Made by a program: the position numbers and the translations under genes. A DNA stretch of 64,000 bases, taken from Callorhinchus milii (taxonomy: Eukaryota). Every line of letters starts with the position of its first letter. Position 1 is the first letter of the stretch. The stretch is from NCBI RefSeq assembly GCF_018977255.1, contig NW_024704742.1, positions 124,560,001 through 124,624,000 of the forward strand. Direction: 5' to 3'. Below, piece after piece: positions 29,801 through 42,900 of the stretch. A model generated the notes under the pieces. It saw only the letters and a program-made list of their open reading frames with translations, was not told where the DNA came from and ran no database searches.

Positions 29801-32800
29801 TCTTCCAGATGTCTCAAAGGGCTTCACAGAATAGACTGTAAAGTGAATTGACTGTATATTTGTGGGTGAAATGCGGCAGCCAATTGCGCACAGCAGTGTC
29901 CCACAAACAGTCATGGATTGAAGTGACCAATTTATTATTGTTTTATTTTCTTGAGGGATTATTATCAGGCATGTGGAGTAAGGAAACTTGCCCAAGGTTT
30001 CGCCCTGACCTGCCGGGAATCGAAACACTAAGCCACAGGACTCCACATGGTGAGAAAGGACAGTTGAGATACCCTGGCTTGGTGAGGTGGAGTGTGCAAC
30101 CGTGGATGCTGAAGCTGCCAGTGCCTGAGGTGCTGAGGCGCTGGCGCAAGCTAATCAAGAGTGCCTCGGTCTTACTGACATTCAGCTGTAGAAAGTTATC
30201 TCTCATCCAGGATTTGATGTCTGACAGAAAGTCTGTCAGGATATCACTTGTCCTGGAATCAACGGTGGCGCACCCTTGATGGAGTACTGTAGCTCAGTGG
30301 TTAGAGCACCCACCTTGCAAGCGAGAGACCTGGGTTTGATTCCCTGCAGGACAAAACCCTGGGCAAGTTTCCTTGACTGATAATAATCCCTCAAGAAAAA
30401 AACAATAATAATTTGGTCACTCAATCAATGACTGTTTGTGGAACACTGCTGTCTGCAATTGGCTGCCACGTTTCGCCCACAAATATACAGTCAATTCACT
30501 TTACAGTATATTCTGTGAAGCGCTGTGAGATATCTAGAAGATGTGAAAAGCGCTATATCAAATGCAAGGATTATTATTATGATTATTACTAATGTTTTTT
30601 GCTGTGCATTACATTGCTATATTTTATGTTCGGTACCCCAATCTCGTTCAAGTGTATCATTGAGAGAGAGCAATGATTACAATAACTTGAATTTGAATTT
30701 TTTCATGGTGCATATTATTTATTTATACTTGTTTGAAAGAATGAAGGATATGGTACCGTGGCCTTGGTACCTTGGTTGTGTAATGGCACATTAGACAGTT
30801 TTAGCAAACTCTTCACTTATTGACTGGACAAGATTCCTGCAAATCATGATAAACAGCATCTGCTTACCACTTGCAGTATGCTTAGACACCCAATCAGCTA
30901 CAGCAACCACAGTGAAACACCTAAACAAACAGGAAATGAGGCATTTGACCCTATAAGTTACGGGGGCAGGAATTACACCAGCAGAGCCGATCATAAAATA
31001 ACCAACAATGGCACCAAAAAAAGCAGGAAGGCCATATTTACAGAGCAGGAGATGTTCTGATTGTGTAGGAGGCCATAGTCAGTAGGTCAGCATTGTTTGG
31101 AAGAAGCTCAAGTTCACCTAACGTACACAAGGAGGAACTTCTTGAGGGAGGTTGTGAGGTGGCTGAATACAATTTCCACACAAAAAACAGAAGATTTGAA
31201 AACATTTCAACAATGATGGAAAACATCAAGAAGAGGATTGCGTTCAGCAGGCTAGGAATGCAACCGGAGGAGAGCCACAACAGCTGAAGTTGGTTCTGTT
31301 GTTCAGCCTGGTTATCAGCTGATGACTGACTCTGGTAAGGAACAGCTGATTTCTTGTCATGTTTTCAACATTATTGTGGACAGTCAGAAAGTTTAGCATC
31401 TATCATTTTGTTTTTGATCAGCTGGGTATCTGATATGAAAATTCATTACCATGCTTAAGAATATCCAACCAGACTGAGAGTTCCACATATGTACATGGAA
31501 GTTTCCCTGTGTCTATAATGAAATACACATCTCTATTCCTGGGGGGATGCATCCTTTCTATCTAACGCAGAGTGTGCTTTTGGGTTTTGTTGGAGATTAT
31601 CCAGCTAAAACTGTCAAGTTCACTACTAAAAGCATTGTCTAGCCAGTTTCCTGCTGCTTGTTCAGCGAGGACCACCCTACTTGTCAGCACTTTAGTTTGC
31701 AGGGTTAATAGGAGCTGAATGGGAAGAATCGCTACTCCGGTGACTGTCCTGCCCCTATATCTATTAATTCTGGCATCTATTAATAGTAAGGAATCAAAAA
31801 CACAGGACGTAAATAGAAATTAGTAAAAAAGTAACTCCACAACAAATGACAATAAAAAATGTTACTTATAGAAGTTGTAAATGTTTGGAATGATCCACAA
31901 GGTAAGATAATAGTGACAAACCCACAGAACAATTCAAAATACAATTAAATGCTTTGCTAATTAGATTAATGCAGTCTCAAGATTGAGTCCCCAAATCTTG
32001 GGTCTTGTCAACCTGTATTTAAAACGTTCTGGAGTTAGGTAAGCAAAGTGTGGCCTTCCAGGGAGAGCGTGTACATTCCATTCCAAATACTGGGAAATAT
32101 CCATGTGTGGATGAAATGCATCTATGGAACTCTCAGTTTGGTTGGGCTACTCTTAATTGGTATTGGGTTTCCATATGTTTCAAACACTCAGCTGACCAAA
32201 AGAAACAGAACCAGTTTCAATTGGCCAAATGGCCTATTCTCCCCACTGTTAGTTACAATCTTTTAGAGAAGGGCAAAACATTAACTGTGTTGATGTTATG
32301 CATTTATGTTACATATTAACAGTTTGACATTTCAAGCACACCACACATCAAATAATATTGTAACAAATTTGCTTTAATACATTACTGTTATATCCCTTTT
32401 CTCTCTATGGATGACTCAGGTCCATTTCGCAAAACACATTAGCACACTCGGGAACTCACAACTAAGACAAACAATAAGCACTGCTGTTTCAGCGCAGGGA
32501 CGAAAACTACTGTGATTCTCGGACCTCACTCCCGCAGGAGCATGAGAGTGGCACATAGCACATGACATTTCCACCTTCACTGGTCAAAAGCAAATTAAAA
32601 AGGCCATGCTAGTAGGCTGATCAAGAAATCAATGCAGGAGCAGGTGAGTAAGAAAGTTAATAGGTTACATTTCAAAGTAAGAATGTTCAAGTAAAACCAA
32701 GTTAGTCACAGTTCTACTGATATTATTATTATTATCTGCCTCACTCATACCAGCCAGACTTGTGACCGGCTAACATTGAAAGGATCATGAGTGGAGTCCT

Positions 32801-33875
32801 CAACCTGGGGAAGGGGTGGACATTGCCAACTGTTTCCTCATTGAAATAATGGAAGTTCTTGCTGTAATATAAGATGTTAAGATTACATTTGGGCTGGTAC
32901 CTCAGGTGCTAACAGCATCACTCTACATGAATGCACATTCCTCATGGAGCTAGTGCAGAACCTCAGTGCCTTGTTCAGCTCTCAACTATCCTTTCAATTT
33001 CACATTCATGCTTTGACCCATTCAGCTTTCCCTGCCACTGCAACATTGCCCATCTCCACCACTACCACTCCCCTAGGGCCACCGTGACCCTTATCCATGC
33101 TTTTATTATGTCCAGGTTTGGCTATGCTAACTCTCTTTAACGGACTTCTCAACTCTTCTCTCCACGAACTGCAGACCATTCAGAACTTTGCAGCTCATGT
33201 TCTCTCCCAAACTAGGCTTCATGAGTCTATCATCCCTATCCTTGCCTGGCTTCACTAGCAACTCATGCCTCTGAGATTGAGTTCAAGATCCTCGTCCTCA
33301 CTTTTCAATCCCTCAATACACACCCTATATCTGTGATCTTTTAAAACCTTATCAACCTGCTTACTCCCTCCACTGAGAAAGCACTGACCTGCTTCACATC
33401 TCCACCATCAGTGGTTGGGCTTTCAGCCTTCCTGCCCCACTCTCTGGAACTCTTGTCCCTTCGCCTCACCCCTTCCCTCACCTACTTCAAGGTCCATCTG
33501 AAGACCTTCCTCTTCAACATCTTCAGTCATCTTCCTACCCCCACCCTCTTGGCGTCTACCTCTTCAGAATACATCCCCCAGCTCTGGTGCAAACCTTCAG
33601 TTGTCCAGCACCTTGGGACTTACTCCCATCATGAAAGGTGCTATATAAATCCAATTTGTTGTTACTGTTGTTATTGTTCTTCATGTACATCATCAGATGG
33701 AATGCCTGCATTTCCTACACTTACAAAAAGCCAATGGTGGCAATAATATTGTCACTTTCTTTCCATTTTTCTGAAAATGGAACTTCTACAAAGTGTTATT
33801 CAATTACTTCCACAAAATGGTTCACAACCTTTTAGCAATATTAAGAGAGAGGGAAGGTCCTGCCATATTAACAGC

Positions 33876-33937
<62 letters not shown>

Positions 33938-36900
33938 CCTTGCACTTGATATAGTGCTTTTCACGTCGGGAGGACGTCCCAAAGTGCTTCACAGAACACA
34001 CTGTAAAGTGAATTGACTGTATATTTGTGGGCGAATGCGGCAGCCAATTACGCACAGCAATGTCCCACAAACAGTCGTAGATTGAAAATGACCAATTAAT
34101 TATTGTTTTTGGTTTTGGAGGGATTATTATTAGGTGTGTGGAGTAAGGAAACTTGCCCAAGGTTTCGTCCTGCCTGGAATTGAACTCAGGTCTCTCGCTT
34201 GCAAAGCGAGTGCTCTAACCACTGAGCTACAGGATTCCAAATAGCTACAGCATATTAATTGATAACAATGAATAATTTTATTTCTTACCTTGTGAAATAT
34301 ACATCTACTTCCTTTAGCATAATTGGTAGGCTTTAATAATCATCACAATTTTTAAAAATAATAATCTCGCTTGATAGCTTATAGCTCCCAAAGTCTATGT
34401 ATTGGTCACAAAATACTCACCCAGTGCCTGTTCCATTTCCACAAACCATAGTGTCAACATCTTTAGTCACCAGCCAGTTAGCTGTGAAATAGACAAGGTA
34501 GATTTTTATAAAAAGGACAATGTAAAAATATTCTGCTTACAGCATTTTATTTTCAGAAAAATAAATGGATCTTGATTTTTGTTAAGTAACTGTTTCCCTG
34601 ATTTACACTTCACATAACTATGACATTGGTCAACTTTTGATAAGCAGAATTGGTAATGGCATCACCCATTGCTCCTCAGAAAGTTTGAGCTTTGAAATTC
34701 TAGCCTGTGCTGACGTCAACCTGCAGTAGTTGCAGTAGTGCTGCCACAATTGGCCTCACCGCCCAGCTTAGATAGACAGGGTTCTCACTTCTAATTGATA
34801 TCAGCGCTCTCCCTCCTCCGCTCCCCCACCGTGTTGACGTTGTATACAGACAGGATCAATGTGGCCTGATATATCCAATAACAACAACAAATTACATTTG
34901 TATAGTGCTTTTCACGTCAGGAAGACGTCCCAAGGTGCTGGACAATCAGGGATCCGCACCAGAGCTGGTTGTTGGGATCAGGAGGGATGGAGGGAGGGGA
35001 GGGGATCATATCCCTATGATTGAATAGCCCACAACACTCATTAAGTACTGGATGTCATATGTAGAGTCACTGCCTTCAGGGGAGAGAAATTTGCAACAAT
35101 AGATATCTAGTGTTGCCCAATTATGTAACATAATAAAATTATCCTACAGTAATGGTTAATAAATAGGGATGTATCTAATGAATTAGGATAACAACCCATC
35201 TGCAACATTTGCAGGTTGGGTTAAAACCACGTGCAAGTGAATATGCACAGAGGAAATTATAGGTGCCTTTTGATTATAAAAATAGCAAACAATGCGAAGG
35301 ATCCCATGAGATTCTTTAAATTGTACATTGGTTAATTACATAATAATGGGCACTTATAATTTCTTGGATTACCTAATTTGCAAATTTTTCACATGGGTTG
35401 TTGACCCAAACTGGGAAATTAAAATTGCAATACAAAATGCACTTACTTTGGTTTTGAATATAAGTGTACCATTCTTCATCAGTAATATTAATCCCATTTG
35501 CTAGATTTTTAATGCACTTGTGTTTCAACACGCCTTTGAAAATCTGAAGACCAAACAATGCAATGATCAATAGGACAAACAGCATGAGAAGGAGAACCTC
35601 CATCAGCAGCCTGGCAGACTTGAATATAGCACCAATGATGGTCTTTAGCCCTGTAGAAACAGAGAAATACATTTCACACTTACAGTGAACAAAGTTCAGG
35701 AAAGGGATGTCATGTTTTTATCATCCAAATAATAATAGACCCTAAATTATAGGCATTGAATTAACCATCTTCAGTACTTCTGAGCTGTTAATACATATTT
35801 GCATATCATGGCTATACTCACTATTAATTAACTGTCAGTATCATAATTCATTTTAATGGAAAATTGGTTGAAATGATTTAGCTTTTGCACTATCATTGGA
35901 AATAAACCACTGATCTCTGGTGAAAAGGTGTGACTAAAAGAAGACATTTTTTACTGAGACTTAATTGTATGTTCCAACACCAATACCAAATTACATTTGC
36001 ATAGCGTCTTTCATGTCGGGAGGACGTCCCAAGGCATTCCAATGAAAAATACATAGCACAGGAAGAATCTGCTAAGAAATCTCCTATTTTACATTTTATA
36101 CTATCTTAATCGTAGAATTTTTAAAAATAACCTTTTTCATATTAAATTCATTTGACTTCCATTTTCATTGATTCTTGTGGGACATTGCTGGTAGAGATGG
36201 CCTCCATTTTTGCGAATATAACCCATTCTATATTAAACAAAGTGATACAATAATGTTTATAATTATATAATGCCTTTCACGTGAGGAGGAAGTCGTAAGG
36301 CTTACTCACGTGGCTGGGCATAAAAGCAGGGTGGGGGTCAGGGTGTGAGCTGAATAATAATAATAATAATCCTTACATTTGATATAGCGCTTTTCACGTC
36401 GGGAGGACGGGGAAAGAGGGAGGAGGGAGGTGGGAAAGATGACTGAAAGCATGGTCAAGGAGGTAAATCATTAAACACGAGTTTCGTATGTATAATTTTT
36501 TATTTCCACATCATTGTTCCTCTTTTTGATTGAGCCCTTTAATTTAGATTTGGTCTGCTTTGCTGTTCCCATGAAAGTTAAAGAACACTTTTTCTCCACC
36601 CCCTTCCTCTCCCTTCCTCCTCCCACCCCATCCACCCACCCACATCCAACACTATTTCAAACAAATATTTCTCCCAGTTATTCTGTTTCACGTTCCCTTC
36701 TCATCCAAATTCACTCCCAAATGCAAATTAGTTGTCTATTCATATTGTTGTTTGATGTATGTTGACGTAGATTGATTGCTATATTTGCCTGCATGATATT
36801 TGCTTAATTTCCAATGAATCTCTTTTTATAATGCGCTTTGAGGTATTTTCTTTTATGTGAGCAGTTCTACATGCTGGACACAAGAATTCAGAGATATTAA

Positions 36901-39900
36901 ATGAAAGGGCAGGCATGGTGTTGGAATTAAACAAACTGTAACATTTAATAAACTGGTTGAACCGGTTTGATAGCCTCCTCCTGGTCCGGTTGTCCTGTTT
37001 TCCTATGTTCCTAAATTATTTTATTAAAATATAATGCTAATATTTAATACAATATGGAATGTTTCACTATTGTTGCCCAACTAGATCCTCTCTCTGTCAG
37101 GGTTTTGTCCAACAGAATTAACATGTCTACAACTCTAAACCTGATTGAAGAGCCACAAAGGATCATCAGCCATCAGTAATGGGTTGGATTACTGCAGGGC
37201 TGTCTGGTTTGCCAGATGTGCATAGTCAGAGCCAGTTCAATCCCAGGGAGACACTGATTCCCTTTAGACATTGTAATCATTTTATCAAGCTTGAAAGGTG
37301 AAAAGCTAAGATCTTACTGAAACTACAAGCCTCAATTAAACCAACTGAGTGAGTGACTCAACAAACTATTTTATATTTTATATTGGGTTGAATTTAAAAA
37401 TGAATGCAGTTTTGTTGACCACTCTTTATATTTGAAAAATGTGAAATACAAGTATTTAGTTATCTAATTGTGAAATTAAATATAGTGCAGTTATTTTATT
37501 AAACTGTAAAAAAATCACTTCTGCATTCAGTTCTTTTTCTCGTTATCACTTTAAACTCTGTCACATTCCTATATAATGTACCGATTAAAATGATTGCATG
37601 GTGCCTCTTCATGCAACTGTGACAGCTTTGAGCTCATAGTCCAGGTTGACATACTGCTATACTTTCTCTGATAAAGTGCAGAGAAGCTCAAGGCCCGACC
37701 GCCGATGGTGGGGTGGGCCGGGTGGGGAGCGTGAAGCAGGACGGAGAAGGGAGTGGCAGGTTGACATGGGTTTCGTAGGTCACAGAGGTAGGAGGCAGCA
37801 AGGCCGAGGAGGGTCTTGAAGGCGAGGACGAAGATTTTGAATTCTATCCTCTGGGGGATGGGAAGCCAGTGGAGCCGGGCGAGGGTGGGATTCATAAGGT
37901 TACGGAGCCTGCTGCGGGCGAGGACATGGATGATCTGCAGATACACTTGTATAATGTTGAAGTTATTGAAGTTATGTTTTGTTGGAATTATAAAGGAAGC
38001 CGTTGAACAAAGAGTTACATTTAGGCAAGAAAAAGGCTGCAAAGGTATGTGGGAAAGTTGACATGAGAGAACAAAGGGAAATAAATGAACAATAAAGAGA
38101 TCTTCCTGGGCCAAATCAGACAAGAAAAGGCAAAACACAGACTGGTGAATGTTGCAAAGTCTGTAAATTGTTTAACAGCACTGAAACAAAGGAACCTCAG
38201 TTGAGAATAAGATAATCCTGCATTCCATGAGATAAGTACAGAAGAGGCGGTACATTTTATGTTGTGTTGGAATGTGGCTTAGCCTAGATAAAGTGCCAAT
38301 AGTCAGTGCTTAATTTCTTACAGCGATTTTTAGGTGCAAAAAGGATCAAGGTTGTTTTTAACAATTGTCTGACAGTTTCCTTTGAAGTTTGTTTGGAGTT
38401 TCAAGATGAGATGGGACATCTAGCAGTTCAGCAAAATTCTGCTCTGAAACAAGTGTTCAACGTCTGAGAGAGAATGAGTTGAGAAAGTTCAGAGAAAGTG
38501 AGAGAGAGAAGTTGAGATGATTCAGTGAAACAAGTTAGAGAAAGGCCTTTAAAGTGATAAACCACTCTAACTGCTCTCATCCTTCAGATAAGAAGATAAA
38601 CCAAGGTCCTGGCTGCCTGTTCAAACAGATGTTAAAGACCGCAATGCACTATTCGAAAAGAGAAGGTCCTTTCTCCCAGTGTGCTGACCAACAACATCCC
38701 CAGATAAAATGGATCATTCACTTCATCCCTGTTTGTGGGACATTACTGTGTGCATATTGATTGCTGCATAAGACCACAAAATAGAGCATCACATGCCTGA
38801 TAATAATCTCTCAAGAAAAAAAAGTTGTTCCTTTTCAATCCACGACTGTTTATGGGAAACTGCTGTGTGCAATTGGCTGCCACGTATCACCCACAAATAT
38901 ACAGTCAATTCACTTTACAGTATAATCTATGAAGCACTTTGAGACGTCTAGAAGAAGTGAAAAGTGCTACCAAATGCAAGGATTATTATTATTATCATTA
39001 CACTTTACAGTAAATCCTTTGAAGAGACTTCCTCCTGATGTGAAAAGGCGCTATACCAAAAGCAAACGTTATTACTACTAAGCAAATGCATGAAAGTCCA
39101 TTTAATCTTTCGTATAGAGAAAGAAAAGAAAGATTGTGTTGTCAGAATTTATGTTAGGGAAAAGTCTGTTGAAGGCAACATAAGAGTGAACTATCTGCAA
39201 GATGTAAGGAATTAGTGACGGGGAGACAATGCAACAACAAATTACATTTGTATAGCACTTTTCACATTGGGAGGACATCCCAAGGCGCCAATAGTCAAGG
39301 ATTTGCACCCGAGCTTAGGGTTGGGATCAGAATGGGTGGAGGGCAGAGAGGGTAGGAAGGTGACCGACGATGTGGTTGAAGAGGAGGGTCTTGAGACAGG
39401 CATTGGAGGAAGCAAGGGAAGGGATGAGGTGAAGGGACTGTAGAATTTACACCTCCAATGTTATTGGTGAGCCAGAATGTTTGGTCAATGCGAGAAAAAA
39501 TCATAAGAGATCAGAAAGGGAGATGATGCAACATTCCAGAGAACAGTTTCTGTTGGATAACCTGACCTGTTACCAGAGCTGATTATAGACTTCAAATAAT
39601 CTGGATAATCAAATGTTACTGCTAATTTTTCACTATCCTGCTTTAAGATTAACTTTTTGCCGATACTGAGCAAAAAAAACTTACTTAATAAAATAGCTAT
39701 TTAATAAAATCTTACTTAATAAAATAGTTTTGCTATATTATTGTGTTTGTTATACTATTATACACATTATACACATTATACTATTATATTACACATGATT
39801 TACTATTATACACATTATATACTATTAGATTGTTTTGAAATACAATTATACTATTCACAAACTTTCTGGGAAAGATACTATACTAGGTGCACTGACAGTT

Positions 39901-42900
39901 TAAAACCTTGTGGGGGAGTAAAGAGTCAAAATCTTTAGTTACAACTCAGATATAAGTTGAACTCAGACTTTTTTGATATCACTAGATTAATAAAAACACC
40001 AACACCCAAGCACATTTTAACAAAACTTGCTCAATGCCAACTTCCACATGCAGTATAATGAACGGTGTCCAGGATGTGTACCAAGTTAAAGGATAAATGC
40101 TCTTATTAGTTTTATGGTATTCAGCATTACGTATATTTTTTATTCCTACAAACATCAATTAAGAAATCATCATACTGTATATGAAAAAAATTCAGTTGAA
40201 TTGTCATTGTCAGGGGCCTGATGTATGCTCATAGCTAAAATTAGCAATCTTTTCAGCTAAATCTTTACAATGGCAAATGTCATTATAAAGCCTACAAGAA
40301 ATACCTTTTTTTGTGCCTACAAGAAATGTCACCGTTATGCTGCTAAAATAAACGCTGTTATGTGCAATGCTACACACAGTGGATAAAAAAAGCAGCAGTT
40401 CTGCAACAGGTTTTATTAGCAGTGACTCAGTCGAGTGATGGGAAATTGTGCAGACAACTGGCCTAAGTCATGATCGAATCATGGGATCCTTGTTCTGAAA
40501 TCCCAGGGGTACTTTGTGGAGTGGGTTGCCTACAGAATTCCCTGTTAGCAACTTGGAGTGAATCATATTAGTGACTCCCTTGCAAACTGCTACTTTTTCA
40601 ATCCCAGTGTTGGCATATTCTCACCAGGTAAAATAGCAATCATCTTTAGAGCTCGAAATGCTCTTAATGCAGATAGTCCGGGAATTTGAGGAAATGCCAG
40701 TGTCAGATACCTGCAAAAGATTTTTTAAAATTATTATGAGTTACAGTAAGAATCCTCTCTGATTTTTTCCAGTGGGCATGATTAACCCTCAGTTAGATAA
40801 TGTGGTATAATTTGTGGCAGTTTCTAACAGGATTTCTTAATCAGGAAAATGGACCCTCCAATATGGTGCTGGGGGAAGCCCATTACATTATGGAGATGCT
40901 GTCCTTCAGGTGAAACTTCAGACCAGATCCCGTCTACCTGTTAAGATGGATGTTAAAGATCCCATGAAAATGCTACTTGAAAAGGTAGTAGAGTTTCTTG
41001 CACTGTGCACAAAATTAGCTGTTGAATTTGCCTACAAAATGTAATCACTTCACTTTGCAGTTAGTCCCGTGAAGTGCTTTGAGATGGTCTTCAGACACAA
41101 AACGTGCTCTCTCAAATGCAAGGATTTTTTTATTATTTATATTATAGGACAGTGACGTGAGAGCTCTGCATTGTCATAGATGTCATCCGTTAGGTAAAAT
41201 ATTGAACTGAGGTTGAATCTGGCTGTTCGTGTGGACCTTAAAGATCCCATGGCACAATTTAAAAACAGAAGGGAGCTTCTCCTGGTGTTCTGGCTAAAAA
41301 ACCCTAAATAAATAAATTGGTCATGACTTTTTGTGGGACATTTATTGTTTGTGACATTAATCATGTTCGATCGCTTCGTTAAACCTTCACACATCAATTA
41401 AAAAACGAACAGAACAGACAAGAAAGAGCAGGAAAGTGAGACTTACGCCAATAGGATTACAGTGAAGTCCAACCAGTTCCAGGCATTCCGGAGGTAAGAA
41501 AATGTATGTAGAGCAAAGCCTCGGGCAAGCACCTTAATAATTACTTCAACCGTATATATAAATGTAAAGAGGTAACTAAAACGGAGATAAAGACAGCATT
41601 CAGACAATGTAAACATTAAATCAAGCATTACAATTCACCAGAAGCTGATATTTCTGATGCAGTTCACAATTAACAACAGTGTGTAAAAAAAATATTATTT
41701 TTGCAATCCAATTGCAATCTTTACAGTTAAGACTGAATCCAACAATTTGCCAAATTCTGGATGCTCTGAAATGGTACATTAATAGATTACATTTAGATCC
41801 AGGTGAAACTTCTCCCTAATGGAGGATTAGGGAGATAATTTCAATAAGATCCTCTCTGAGCTTTCTCTTTTCCAGTGTAGGGAAATCTCAGAGGGATATT
41901 TACTCCTTTAAACTGTAGCTTCTGATGAAGGGTCATGGACCCGAAACTTTGACTCACTTTCCTTTCTCCATAGTTGCTGCCTGACCTGCTGAGTCTTCCC
42001 AGTGAGTTCTGTTTTTGATATGGTTTATAAATACTGTTGTAAAAAGAGCGGCCTTTCAGTACAGGATGCACAGACCAGATTAAATAGAGGGGTATCATGG
42101 CACATCACTACATGCCATGAAGCGTTTGTGACATGTAAATATCAGGTTACTATAATGCAACCTGTCTTCTTGCTTTCATTATAAGAAATAAACACCTGAT
42201 CCATGGCTGGCAGCAAGTTTCAAGGGAGCAATACAACTGAGTGATTCATCAACAACATCAGATTACATTTGGATAGTGCCTTTCATTTCGGGCGGACGTC
42301 CCAAGGCGCTGGACAGTCAAGGATTTGATCCGAGCTGGGGGTTGGGATCAGGAGGGGTGGAGGGCCAGGAGGGTGAGGTCAGGGGGGGAACCGATTGTTA
42401 AAATTCAGATTGTTATACATTATGCAAGTGAAGTGAGAATCCCCTGCAGACACTGATGATCCAATGACGCCTCTCACTTCACAAGCACAAATGCCGAATT
42501 ATAACTTTACATTTTTTCCTTTTAGTTATGTAAAATTCATTTTTCAAAAGTAACATGTCATTTACTTTATTAATCATTAACTACTGGAGATACTGAGTAT
42601 GGTAGAGGAAGGATAAATAAAGGATATTAATGATTCAACCTAGAAGAAACCTTATATACTATCATAAATATCATAAATATTTTCTTCTTTTAAAAGAATG
42701 TAAGAAAATACTATATATAATATATTTAATAATACTGTATACAAATAAAAGGAAACATGTAATGCAATACATATTAAGTATACTTACTCTATAAAATAAA
42801 GATTTGTATTTAACGCCAGTAGTAACATATTCACAAAGATTGTTCCAATGATCACTAAATTGAAAATTGTAAAGACCTATTAAGGAAAATGAGGATTACA

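Noticed and set aside
30281..30355. tRNA-like sequences with A and B boxes (also at about 17530-17600, 34170-34238, 49160-49230)
   Set aside because: They are SINE heads attached to repeat bodies and tails, not tRNA genes
30791..31300. Cluster of short ORFs, possibly a decayed retroelement
   Set aside because: No motif I can assign; left uncalled
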